64,000 nucleotides of DNA from the human T2T-CHM13v2.0 reference genome, Homo sapiens: NCBI RefSeq assembly GCF_009914755.1, contig NC_060930.1, one strand, 5' to 3'. The notes beneath the pieces are model-generated. The model had not been told where the DNA came from and made no database searches. It saw only the letters and a program-made list of their open reading frames with translations. Shown in pieces: positions 16,030-30,289 of the stretch (within the stretch, counting starts at the first letter, position 1; each line of letters begins with the position of its first letter). The position numbers were made by a program, and so were the translations under genes.

Positions 16030-16480
16030 TTAAATAAATACTATTAAAGAGCTCCTTACATTAGGCAACATAATTAGAAAATATCCAAAGGGCATAAACA
16101 GGCAATTTATGAAAGAGGATGTGCAAATAAAAATGGAAAGATTTTCATTCTTACCAGTGCTCAGGGAAATACAGACCAAGTGAGATATTGGTTTTTGCCC
16201 ACTAGATTTTTTTTTTTTCCCAGTAGGCCCAGTGCTCCTGAGAGTATGGGGAACTGTTGTTTACTCTGATACATTTCTGGTAGAAGTTTGAATTGCTATA
16301 ATCTTCTGTGGAAGTTGTTTTTTGATAGGTATAAAATTTAAAAATATATCTGCCCCTTGATTTAGCAGTCCTGTGTTTTATGACCCTCTCCTACAGACAT
16401 GAAATACCTGTTTGCTAGGATAGGAACATAAAGTTATTTATTGCATGATTATTTATAATGCAAAAAGTGTTATAACAAAT
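16030..16480 (+). mobile_element. L1ME-like ORF2 3' fragment
   Basis: CAAAGGGCATAAACAGGCAATT, CAGGGAAATACAGA, CCCTTGATTTAGCAGT. Confidence 0.6.
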
Positions 16481-17139
16481 CTTATGCCGTCTTAGGTATT
16501 CTTCTTTATGGGCACATATTAATACATTTTACAGCAGCTGATCCTGGAATCTACTTACATAGATTTGCCCGGCTGAGAAGCAACTTGAGGGCTGATCGCC
16601 CGCTGCATTCCAAAGAATCCTTTTTTTTTTTTTTTTGACTTATTAGTGATTATGATGACATTACCTTTTATTGAACTGTTTCAAAATACATGAAACCATG
16701 CTCTGATGACATTTTTGAAGTGTCTGGATTCTGTTTGCCACTGTTTAAAGATTTAACTAGTTCTTTCTTTAATTAATATTTAGCTCTTCTAGTATCATCT
16801 TACCACTGGAACAGCATGTACCATTTGCCTCATCTTTCCATTTCAGGGCTGGTCAAAAGAGACAAATTTCAGACATTAACTAACTGAACATTCTTTACTA
16901 TAATAGATTTGGAACTTTTATCTAAAACAAATGTCTATGTTCTCTGGCCACTGTGTTAAATATGTATGGTGTGTCTCTTCCATTTGGCAGCAAATATCCA
17001 TTGCATTTGATTCAGTTTTCACTGCCCTTGAAATAAATATACTTGTCCTGAATGGCAGGCTTAAGGATTTTCCAAAGTAAATGATGTTTGCACCACATCT
17101 GGCCAGCCATTTTTATGTGATACATTAAAGAGAGTCAGT

Positions 17140-17305
17140 GTTCATTAATTTGACAAATATTTCTTGAATGCCTACTATGTGTTACAGGCTTTGGCAATTC
17201 AAAGATTAATGACACAGTCACTGCTCTTAGGAGATGACAGTTTAGCAAAAAGGGCAGAGTCTTAGCCAGATAATTATAATACAGTGAGGGAAGTGTGGTA
17301 ATGCT
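17140..17305 (-). mobile_element. L2 3' end
   Basis: ACAAATATTTCTTGAATGCCTACTATGTG. Confidence 0.65.
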
Positions 17306-17444
17306 TCTTTGTTGACAATGATACCTGAATGGGTGCGAATGTACCTCAGTTTTTAAAATCCTGGGTCTTTTTCAAGTCTATACTCATCCTGGGTCTCTGT
17401 ATCTTATTTTACACCCCCCTTCCTTCAACAATAAGCAAACTTTG

Positions 17445-17690
17445 CTATCTGAGGTAACAAGAAATCTTGAGGAAGGGCAGCTCCGACTTTATTAATTCAG
17501 TTGTTCAAAGATACTATCAAAGACCCTAGGCACTAAGTACTTCGTATTTTTTCCTTATTTTTTCTCTTCTGCCACGTTCAATGTGATGGCTTGGTCTTCA
17601 GTGAAGTTAAAAAGTTACTTTCATAAGGTGGCTGCCTGGGTTTTGGGGACCATGTGTAGAGGAACAATTTCTTTCCTGTGTGTACTTTTC
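17445..17690 (-). mobile_element. MLT1-like LTR fragment
   Basis: AACAAGAAATCTTGAGG..ATCAAAGACCCTAGGC..AAGGTGGCTGCC. Confidence 0.45.
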
Positions 17691-17939
17691 TGGGGTAAAT
17701 TTTAAATCATTTTAGACTAATAGCAAAATTGTAAAAATAGTACACTGAATTTTTGTATACTCATTACCTAGATTTAACAAATGCTAATATTTTACCATAT
17801 TATTTTACTTTTTTGGTGTATGTGATTTTCATGGCTAAAATTTTAAAACAAAAGGGTGTGCAATGGAAACTTCATTACAGCTCTGATGTTAGCCACCTTA
17901 TGCCCTTTACCATAATGTATACAAATGACTATGTCAATA

Positions 17940-18045
17940 CCTTTCCTCCCTTTCTCCTTTGTCTCTCTTTCGCTTCTTCTCTCTCCTCCCTTTGTGTTTT
18001 TCCCTCCCCCTCTCTTTCTTCCCTCCCTGCCTCCCTTCCTTCCTC
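17940..18045. repeat. CT-rich low-complexity tract within an old L1 fragment
   Basis: Near-pure pyrimidine run. Confidence 0.75.
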
Positions 18046-18251
18046 CAATTGTGTATCCTGGAATAATTCCATATGGATATATACAAAGGTTCCTCATTCT
18101 TTATAGATTCATAGAATATTTGTTTGTTCTCTTATTTATGGATTTTTAGTGTTCCAGTTTATGTGCATGAAATTTTATTAACCAGTCACCTCTCGACTTT
18201 TTTGGTAATAATTGGCATTATAAATACTGCTTAGAAGAATGTTTTTTTAAG

Positions 18252-18425
18252 TATTTATTTATATTTTTAGAGATGGAGTCTCTGTCTGTTGCCCAAGCTG
18301 GAGTGGAGTGGCTATTTACAGGTGCAGCCATAGCATATTGCAGCCTTGAAATCCTGGGCTAAAGCCATCTTTCTGCCTCAGCCTCCTGAGTAGCTGGGAC
18401 TACAGGCATGTGCTACTGCGCCAGC
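18252..18425 (-). mobile_element. FAM (fossil Alu monomer)
   Basis: Single monomer with the FAM/7SL-diagnostic segment GTGGCTATTTACAGGTGC. Confidence 0.8.
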
Positions 18426-19430
18426 TTATAAACATGTTTTGACTGGAAACCTTAGTTGTTGACTATGTAGAGTATGTAAACAGTTTTTAACTTGTGTCTT
18501 GAAATAATAACATAATTACTGAAAAGTTACAAAAATAGTGCAAAGACTTCCCATGGACCTTTCACCCAGCTTCCTTTAATGTTTAAATATTTTACATAGC
18601 CATGATGCAGTGATCAAACCAGAGAATTAATATTGATACAGACTTAATTCACATTTTGTCTTTTTTCCAGTTCAGGATCCAGTTTAGGATTCTCCATTGC
18701 ATTTAGTTGTCATTCACTGTCACCTCCAATCTGGAACAGATCCTCATTTTTTTCTTCTTCTTTTATGACATTGACGCTGTTGAAGAATACTTGTCAGTTG
18801 TGTTATAGAACATTGGTCAGTTTGCATTTGCTTGATATTTCTTCATGGTTAGATTCAGATGCTATGCATTTTATCAAGAATATAGGAGTGGTCGATATTG
18901 CACTTGAGATTGACAAATATCAGTGTGTCATACCAAGAAGATTCAGGCTGTTGATATATCTCTGTACCAGTTAACTTTAACATCTAGTAACCAGGTGTAA
19001 ACTTTATTTAAGGTGGTAGCTGTCAGTTTTCTCCACTGTAAAGTTACTGTCTTCTTCTTTGGAATTAATAGATATTTTGGGATTCTTTGGTACTGTGCAC
19101 ATATCCTATTTCTCATCATGCTCTCACCATTATAATTTTAGCATCCCTTGGTTATTCTTACCTGTAACAATCAATACAATTGTATTATCAAGTGGTGATT
19201 TTTCTCTTTCCATCATGTCTTCTCCACTTATTAATTTGAATTTTTGAGTGTAAAGAAGAGCTACAGAATGAGTCTCTTTTCTCTCATTTATTTATGTATT
19301 CAATTATTTATATCAGTGTAGCCTCATGGTTCTTTATTTTTTGAGACATAATCCGTAACTATCATTATCACCCATGTTGTTCTGGACTTGGCCAATGGAA
19401 ATGTCTTCAGGTTGTCTCCTTTATCTTTTT

Positions 19431-19597
19431 GTTGTTGTCGTTTGTTTTCTTATTGAGTGAGGATTTTAATGACAAGCTATGGAACTCAGCTTATACTAAT
19501 GAGAATGGTACAAGGCTTGACTTTCCCTCCGCGCATCTTAACCATTTTTAAATGCAGAGTTCAGCAGTATTAACTCCATTCACACTGTTACCCAGTG
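19431..19597 (-). pseudogene. Short orphan retrocopy (mRNA 3' end or 3' transduction)
   Basis: 15-bp TSD (19416-19430, 19598-19612), decayed poly(A), minus-strand ATTAAA at 19465-19470. Confidence 0.65.
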
Positions 19598-21666
19598 CTC
19601 CTGTATCCTTTTAATATGCTTCTGTTTTGAGCACTTCCTTATTTCCCGGCACCATAAGTTCAGGCTTATCGTGTACTTTCCTTGCCTCAAGTCCTGGTTT
19701 GAGTCATTTCTTGAAGAAGCCCTGGTTCCTTTCACTGGTGAACTGTGTGAAGAAACCGCAATCTGGGCACTAGATATGCTCATTGCTACTAGGATGTCAT
19801 TGCTTCCAGGCACTCTTAGTAGACTTAAATCTACTAAGACTTAGGAAATGTATGTATTTACACAAACACCTATAACTATTTCTACTTATCTGTATATGTA
19901 TTAAAAAAACACGAGGTTGTACTCTTCCCTTTGATTTTACTTCAACTGGATAGGATTTGATTTTAGCATCTCCCTTTTCTTATAAGTAACTCTGCTCTTT
20001 AACAGTGAAAAACAGAAAGTCTCATAGTCTACAATATATTTACATTATTTGTTCAATCCTATTAATCATATACAGTGGTTTCAGAATTACTAACCCATCT
20101 CTGTGAAAAAGAAATTTTACTAACACAAATATAATATTTATGTTTAGTCCTTTTTGTGAAGTTCACTTGGGTTAGTTCTTTCCTTTGCCACTCAAATCAA
20201 ATTCTGTTTTTAATTTGTAATACAATTAGATTAATTTGTTACCACTTGTATTCCATTGTGGATTCTCCCCACTTCCTGGATGGTTTTAATTTTTTGAGTT
20301 TGTGAAATATGAGCATGGCCCTCAAAGTCAGAATGATATTAAATCTTTTACTCAGAGAATGATCACTGCCCACTCGTCCTTTTTGCCATCCCCATTACTC
20401 CATTCTTTCCATCTTGAGCCCACCCGTCTCCCATTAGCTTTTGACTTCTCCTTCCATTTATTTATTTATTTTTTGTACAAACAGGCAGAAGTCAGCAGTG
20501 ATTTTTCGTATTTTGATCATGCCTTCTACATTTGTTAATTGGAATTTCACTGTAAGGAAGAGTGGTCTCTTATTCCCCATTTATTCAATTATTTATGTCA
20601 GTGTAGACTCTGATTATTTATTCTGTAGGTCATAATGTCATAGAATAAATATACAGAATTCTCTGTATGAAACCCATGGAAATTTTTAAATTTCCTTTTG
20701 TTTTTTACTTAAATGATAGCATACTATAGATACTATTTTACTTTTTGTAATGTAACCTGGGAACTCTGCATCAGTTGATAGAAATCTTCGTCATTCTTTC
20801 TTATGGCTGCTTAGTTTTCCATGCAGTGAGTGTATAGTGGTTTATTCAACTACTTTCCCATGTGTGGGTGTTGAGGTTGTCTGATATTTCACAATTCCAA
20901 ACTGTGTGGCAGTGAGTGAACTTTTGCTTATTGATTTTTATATTATTGGAGGTATATCTTTGGGATGAATTTCTAGAGTGCAGACTGCTGGATTGAAAGG
21001 TAGGTACGATTATAGATACTGCCTAGTTACCCTCCAAAAGGGTTGTAACACTTTATATCCTTACCACCAAGTGTGAAAATTGTGTGTTCCTTGCAACCCC
21101 TCAAATGGAATTTTATTGTTGTCATTCTTTATAATTTTCACCATTCAGTAGGGAAGAAATGGTATTTCAGGGTTTTCATTTTTCATTTCTGTAATTGTGA
21201 GTGGGTTTGAGCATCTTTTATAGTTTGGCCATTTAGATATACTTTTGTCAATCATTCATGTCTCTTATTGTTTATCTATTGTCTCTCAATTTGTGTGAGT
21301 TTTTCTGTTTGTCTGTGGCATATGTCACAGGCATATTCTCCCCTTTTGTCTGCTGTCCTTTTACTTTGTTGTGCAGAATATTTTATTCTTTGCCATTAAA
21401 TTTATGAATCTTTTTCAAGTTCTTTTGGATTTTGAGTCATGGCTAAGTTATCACCTTTGTGTAAAAAGAGGCTAAAGAGACATTTACTTTTTTCTAGTAC
21501 TTGTCACTTACATAGTGACATTTATATCTCCAATCCTTTTGGAGTTTATTCTTATCTACGGTGTGAAGTATGAATCTACTTTTTTCTTTGTGTAACCTAA
21601 TTGTTCTAGAGCTCTTTTTATCTCTAGAAATGTTCTAGTGCTCTTTTATTTTTTTTAAATCTCTAA

Positions 21667-21833
21667 ATTTTTTTTAGTGATGGGGTCTCGTTATATTGCT
21701 CAAGCTGGATTGCAGTGGCTGTTCACAGGTGCAATAATGGCTTACTACAGCCTTGAGATCATGGACCAACATGATTCTCCTGCCTCTGCCTCCCTAGTAG
21801 CTGGGACTCTAGGCACACACCACCACACCTGGT
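21667..21833 (-). mobile_element. FAM (fossil Alu monomer)
   Basis: Monomer with GTGGCTGTTCACAGGTGC. Confidence 0.8.
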
Positions 21834-22057
21834 GCTTACACTAGCACTATTTACTAAAAATTTAGTCTTTACCACCAGTGTTTTGGGATGCCATTTTTGT
21901 CAAAACGAATTTCCAAATTTACGTAGGTCTATTTTGGGCTTTCTGTTCTGCTCCACGGTTCTGTTTATTTGTATTCCATCTACGCTGTTTGCAAAGGAAG
22001 TTTTATTTATATTATAGTTTGACATCTGCTAGGGCTAGTCCTTTCTTGTAGTCTGTC

Positions 22058-22302
22058 TCCCTTCCCTTCCCTCTCCCTCTCCCTCTCCTTCTGCCTCTCC
22101 CTCTCTTTCTCTTTCTCTCTCTCTCTTTCTTTCCTTCCTTTCTTTCTTCCTTTCTTTCTTTTCTTTCTCTTTCTTTCTTTCTTTCTTTCTTTTTCTTTTT
22201 CTTTCTTTCTCTCTCTCTCTCTCTCCCTCTCCCTCTCCCTCTCCGTCTCTTTCTCTCTCTGTCTCTCTCTCTCTCTTTCCTTTCTTTCTTTTCTTTCTTT
22301 TT
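22058..22302. repeat. Compound CT-rich microsatellite (CCCTCT/CT/CTTT) at an Alu tail
   Basis: ~245-bp almost pure pyrimidine tract; source of the K/R/E-rich ORF 22012-22314. Confidence 0.95.
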
Positions 22303-22594
<292 letters not shown>

Positions 22595-22677
22595 TAAAGT
22601 GTTTTTCTGAGTATTCTTTCATGTGAATTTTTTCAAATTAACTTTAGTATCATCTGTGTAACTCCATGAAAAATTGA

Positions 22678-23016
<339 letters not shown>

Positions 23017-23162
23017 TAATAAATTAATTTAGGGAGAACTGATAGTTTTAGGAGGTGAAGTCCTTCTGTTTAAGAATAGATGATGGCTTCACATTTATTC
23101 AGCTCTACTTCTGTGTCTTTTAGCAGTGTCTTCATGTTTTCCCAGTGTAGGCTTTGGATATA

Positions 23163-23860
23163 CAGATGTCATTCCAGATCTGTGGGGGATTGGTCCAGGA
23201 TTCCCCAAAGATACCAAGATCTGCCATTGCTCAAGTGCCTGATATTAAATGGGCGTAGTACTTGCACATAACCTATGCATATTCTCCTGTATACTTTAAA
23301 TCATCTCTGGATTACTTGTAATCCCTAATAGTATAAATGCTAGATAATACTTGTTTTAGTGTATTGCTTAGGGAATAATGAAAATGAAAAGATCTGTACA
23401 TGTTTAGTACGGACACAGTTGTTTTCCCCTGAGTATTTTTGATCCATGGTTGGTTGAATCCATGGATACAGAACACATGTGATATGGTCTGGCTCTGTGT
23501 CCCCACCCAAATCTGATCTTGTAACTCCCATAATTCCCATGTGTTGTGGGAGGAACCCAGTGGGAGATGATTGAGTCATGGGGGTGGGTCTTTACCCTGC
23601 TGTTCTCATGATAGTGCATGAGTCTCATGAGATCTGATGGTTTTAAAAAACAGGAGTTGCCCTGAACAAGCTCTCTTTTTTCCTGCCGTCATCCATTTAA
23701 GATGTGACTTACTCCTCCTTACCGTCCGCCATGACTGTGAGGTCTCCCCAGCCACATGGAACTGTAAGTCCAATAAACCTCTTTCTTTTGTAAATTGCCC
23801 AGTCTTGGGTATGTCTTTATCAGCAGTGTGAAAACAGACTAATACACGATGGATACAGAT
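23163..23860 (+). mobile_element. MER2 (TcMar-Tigger) interrupted near its end by THE1A
   Basis: TGTGGGGGATTGGTCCAGGA..GATACCAA..TATACTTTAAATCATCTCT..GGTTGGTTGAATCCATGGATAC; ATGGATACAG resumes after the LTR. Confidence 0.85.
23480..23846 (+). mobile_element. THE1A solo LTR (ERVL-MaLR)
   Basis: TGATATGG...CTAATACA termini; GGAACTGTAAGTCCAATAAACCTC; degenerate 5-bp TSD ACATG/CGATG. Confidence 0.9.
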
Positions 23861-24366
23861 ACCTTGTTGTAGTTATTCCTTTATGTTTTATGTTCTTTGT
23901 TGCCTTTGTAAATATTTTTTTTTCTGCCTTTCATAGAGGATTTCTCTCTCATTTTGACCTCTAACTGGTTATTACTTGTATATATAAAGGCTATTATTCC
24001 TATATGTTCATTTTATATTGTCTTACTGAACTTTTTTATAGTTTGAGTTAATTTTTATCATTCATTTTTTTCTAGAATTATTTATGGTACTCTCATTTCA
24101 TTTGGAAACAAGAGTTTTAATTCTTTGCTTTCAAATTCTTATTCTGTTATTTCTTTTGTCTAATAGCAGTTTCTTTTGTCCAGTTTGTCTTTTGTCTAAT
24201 TACAGTGTTGAGCAGTAGTGGAGATAGTGGATAATCTTGGCTTGTTCCTTGTGTTAGTGGAATTGACTTTAGTACGTCCCCCATTAAGTAAGATACTGGC
24301 TTTTGCACTATATCTATTTTGTCATGTTAAGAAACTATCCATACATTTCTATTTTTTTAGAGTTTT

Positions 24367-24835
24367 TTCTTTTTAAAAAATGGATACGCAGTAACCATAC
24401 ATATTTATGGAGTACATATAGATATTTTAGTACATGCATACAATGTGTAATGATCAAATCAGGATAATTAGTTTATTCATCACCTCAAACATTTATCATT
24501 TCTTTGTGTTGGGAACATTAAAAATCCTCTCTTCTAGCTATTTTAAAATATACAATAGATTAGTGTTAGCTATAGTCACCCTACTGTGCTGTAGAACACT
24601 AGAACTTATTCCTCCTGTCTAACTCTGCAGCCTCTTTCTATCTTCTTTTCCCCTGCTCCTTCCTAGCCTCTGGTAACCATGATTCTACTCTTCTTCCATT
24701 AGATCAACTTATTTAGCTCTCACACATGAGTGAGAAGATGCAGCATTTGTCTTTCTGTGCCTGGATTATTTCACTTAACATAATGTTCTCCAGACTCATC
24801 CATGTATGCCTAATTGCTCTGATTAGGACTTCCTC
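24367..24835 (-). mobile_element. 5'-truncated L1MA (about MA3-5) 3' end
   Basis: CATACAATGTGTAATGATCAAATCAGG..CATCACCTCAAACATTTATCATTTCTTTGTG; TSD TTAGAGTTTT at 24357-24366 and 24836-24845. Confidence 0.85.
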
Positions 24836-25398
24836 TTAGAGTTTTATCAGGTGTGAGTGGGGAGTTTTGTTGAAAGCATTTCAGAAGATTGATGGAGTGA
24901 TTATTTTTCCTCTTACATCTATTAATATGACATATAGTGTTAGTAGATTTTCTAATATTGAATTTACCTCGTGTTTCTGGAGTAAATTTCGTATGGTTTT
25001 TTTTTTAAATTGTTGTATTCTTGGCAAAAAATAATAAAATATTATCATTTGGGGTCCATTTGTGATATTTGTCTGTAGTTATATTTTTTTGAACTGTCTT
25101 TTTCTACTTTGGGCATCAGTGTTATACTTGCTTCATTTAAAGAATTAGAACATTTTTATTCATTTTCAGCACTCTGGAACAATTCACAGATAATTGGAAC
25201 TATCTGGTTTTTGAAGACTTAGAATTTCCCTGAGAACACATCTGGTCCTTTTGCTTTTTTGTGGGATGGTTCCTATATAAATTTCTGTATATGTTCTTTA
25301 GAAATTGGTCTGTTTAAGCTTTCTATCTCTAATTGGGGCAATTTTGGTAATCTGTATTTCTGTATGAAATTACCCATATCATCTTGGTTTTAAATATA

Positions 25399-26898
<1,500 letters not shown>

Positions 26899-26992
26899 TA
26901 TTTGCATAGAAGTCTGCAAAAGTGACCTCTTATGACTTTAAAATAATTTCTTCTGTTTTTATTATTATTTATGCCTTGTTTTTTATTTGATA

Positions 26993-27637
<645 letters not shown>

Positions 27638-28427
27638 GAGAGCTAAGTCTCTAATTTATCTTTTATTCTTGCATTTTTACTGCTAAGTTTTAGTAATATG
27701 AATTTTTCTCTGTTTACTGTTTTAAATCCTAGAGATGCTGATGCATAGTGTGCTCAATATCACTAGTTTTTAGAAATCTTCTAATTTAGGTTTTTATTTC
27801 TCCTTTCACCCAAAAGCTGCTTAAATTTTTTTATTTCTAATTTTATTGCAATGTGATCAGAGTTATTTTTAATTTTTCTGCTTTAAAGAGCTTCCTGATG
27901 TCCTTTATTTGTGATTTATCATTTTGTGAATGTTCAATGGGTGCTTGAAAAGAAGGTGTATTCTCTTCTCTGTTATTAGGTAGTAACACTGAATCTAGAT
28001 TAAGATCTGTGTTGTTTTTTTTTTTTGACTCTATTTAAGTCTTTGTACTATCATTGCTTGAGTCTTGTATGGAGAATGTATAGGTCTGTTATTGTGAATG
28101 CATTTCTTCTTGCAGCCTCAGCTTGGTTTTATGTTATTTGGTGCATAGGTATCTATAGATGTTCTAATTTTATTGTCAGTTGTGTCTCTAAAGTGTTCTT
28201 CTTGGGCTGGGCATGGAAAAAACAAAAGTGCTTTTCTTTTCATATTTATTCAATTTTGGCTTGGATTATTCTTTGTATGTTACTCCTTTGTCTCTTTTTA
28301 ATTTTAGTCATTCTGAATTATTTAGCTTTAGGCATGTTTCTGGTATGTGGAATAGAATTGGGTGTTGCTTTGTGAACCACATTTAAAATCTTTTTCTTTT
28401 AATAGGTGAGTTAAGCTTCTTTACAGT

Positions 28428-28625
28428 CAGTAAGGCTTCACTTAATGTCCTGGATAGATTCTTGGAAACACAGTTTTAAGTGAAATGAATTACTATATGT
28501 TGTAGGAACTTAACTCTTGCTCATATCAATTAACCTATGGTAAATTGTTTCTTTATACTACAGTTGTTTCGCTTAAACTTGTGGTTTCCAAGAACCTATT
28601 GATGGCATTAAGTGAGGACTTACTG
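28428..28625. mobile_element. MER6B-like Tigger MITE (near-palindromic)
   Basis: Long TIRs CAGTAAGGCTTCACTTAATGTC..TTCTTGGAAAC / GTTTCCAAGAA..CATTAAGTGAGGACTTACTG. Confidence 0.82.
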
Positions 28626-28823
28626 TTTGATGTGACTACATTGTTTGGTCTCTGCTCTGTTGTGATGTTTTAAAATTATATATATTATTTTTTATTTACT
28701 ATGTTTCTTTGTGACATGTGTTTTTTTCTTTAAATAAATAAAGTGTTATTTAGGAAGTTGCATATTTTGAGTGGTTAACTTTTCATTTATAACTTCTAAA
28801 TGCCTGTAGTTTCATTGCCTATG

Positions 28824-29152
<329 letters not shown>

Positions 29153-29400
29153 TAAACATTTACCATCTACTTTGTCAGTGTTCAATAGTATCCTTTTATT
29201 CCTGACTTTTGCCAACCAAAGAATGTGTTTTACTTTCTGATTTTCTCACCCTACACATTTTTCTGCATTATTTCTATTTATTATAACATTTGTACATTGA
29301 CCTACTTTTTTCCTACTTTTGTGCATTGCTACAATGCATAGCATTTGTACATTCATCTTTGGCTTTTGACAATTAATATTCCCCCCTGTATTTTAGTTTT

Positions 29401-29401
29401 A
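29401..29401. other. Site of T2D SNP rs7756992 (A, non-risk allele)
   Basis: ATATTCCCCCCTGTATTTTAGTTTT[A]GATCTACAGTTATGTAGCAATGAGC matches recalled context. Confidence 0.82.
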
Positions 29402-29989
29402 GATCTACAGTTATGTAGCAATGAGCTCATTATCAGTCCTTTTGCTGAAATTTCCCCAGACCTCTCTTGGTTGCATGAAGCTCATCCTGTTTTATTTAGA
29501 TTCTTCAAGAGGGGATTATGGATTCTTGTGTGTTAAAAACTTTTTATATAGCCTTGAAACTTGAAGGATACCTTGGTTGTTTTTAAAATTCATTATTCAT
29601 ACTTTTATTGAATTTCTAAAAAATGCTTTTCCATTGTTGCATTATATTTTGTTTTAGACAACTCTGATGCCAGTTGAATTTATTTGCCTTCGTTCATTAT
29701 TTTATCTTTTATGCCTAGTAGCCTTGGACACTTTTTCTTTGTTTTTGAAGCCTAAGGGTTTATTAGGATGTGTCTTGGAGTTGACTGTTCCAAGTAAATT
29801 CTCCCAGGTACTGGTTGACCCTTTTAATATGCAGATTCAAGTTTTCTTGAATTACAATCTTAAATATTGTTTCTATTTATTTTTATTTCTTTTTTAAAAT
29901 TTTTTTGCTGGGACTCTAGTTTTATCAACGTTATTTTTTTCTTTTTTGCTTTCTGATTCCATCACTTTCTCTTTGACTTTTAATTTTTT

Positions 29990-30289
29990 TTAATTTTTAT
30001 TTTTTTCTGAGACAAGCTCTTGCTCTGTTGCCCAGGTTGAAGTGTAGTGGCGTAATCTTGGTTTACTACAGCCTCCACCTCCCAGGTCAAGTGTTTCTTG
30101 TGCCTCAGCCTCCTGAATAGCTAGGATTACAGGTGCCCACCACCATGCCTGGCTAATTTTTGTGTTTTTAGTAGAGACGGGGTTTTGCCATGTTGGCCAG
30201 GCTGGTCTCGAACTCCTGGCCTCAAGTGATCTGCATGCTTCAGCCTCCCAAAGTCCTGGGATTCCAGGCGTGAGCCACCACACCCGGTC
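29990..30289 (-). mobile_element. AluS (Sx/Sz-like)
   Basis: Full dimer. Confidence 0.92.

Noticed and set aside
20495-20640. Second copy of the L1MC segment at ~19195-19350
   Set aside because: Highly diverged; cannot separate an old local duplication from an independent fragment of the same family
28428-28625. Long hairpin that could look like a novel ncRNA
   Set aside because: Explained by the terminal inverted repeats of a MER6-family MITE
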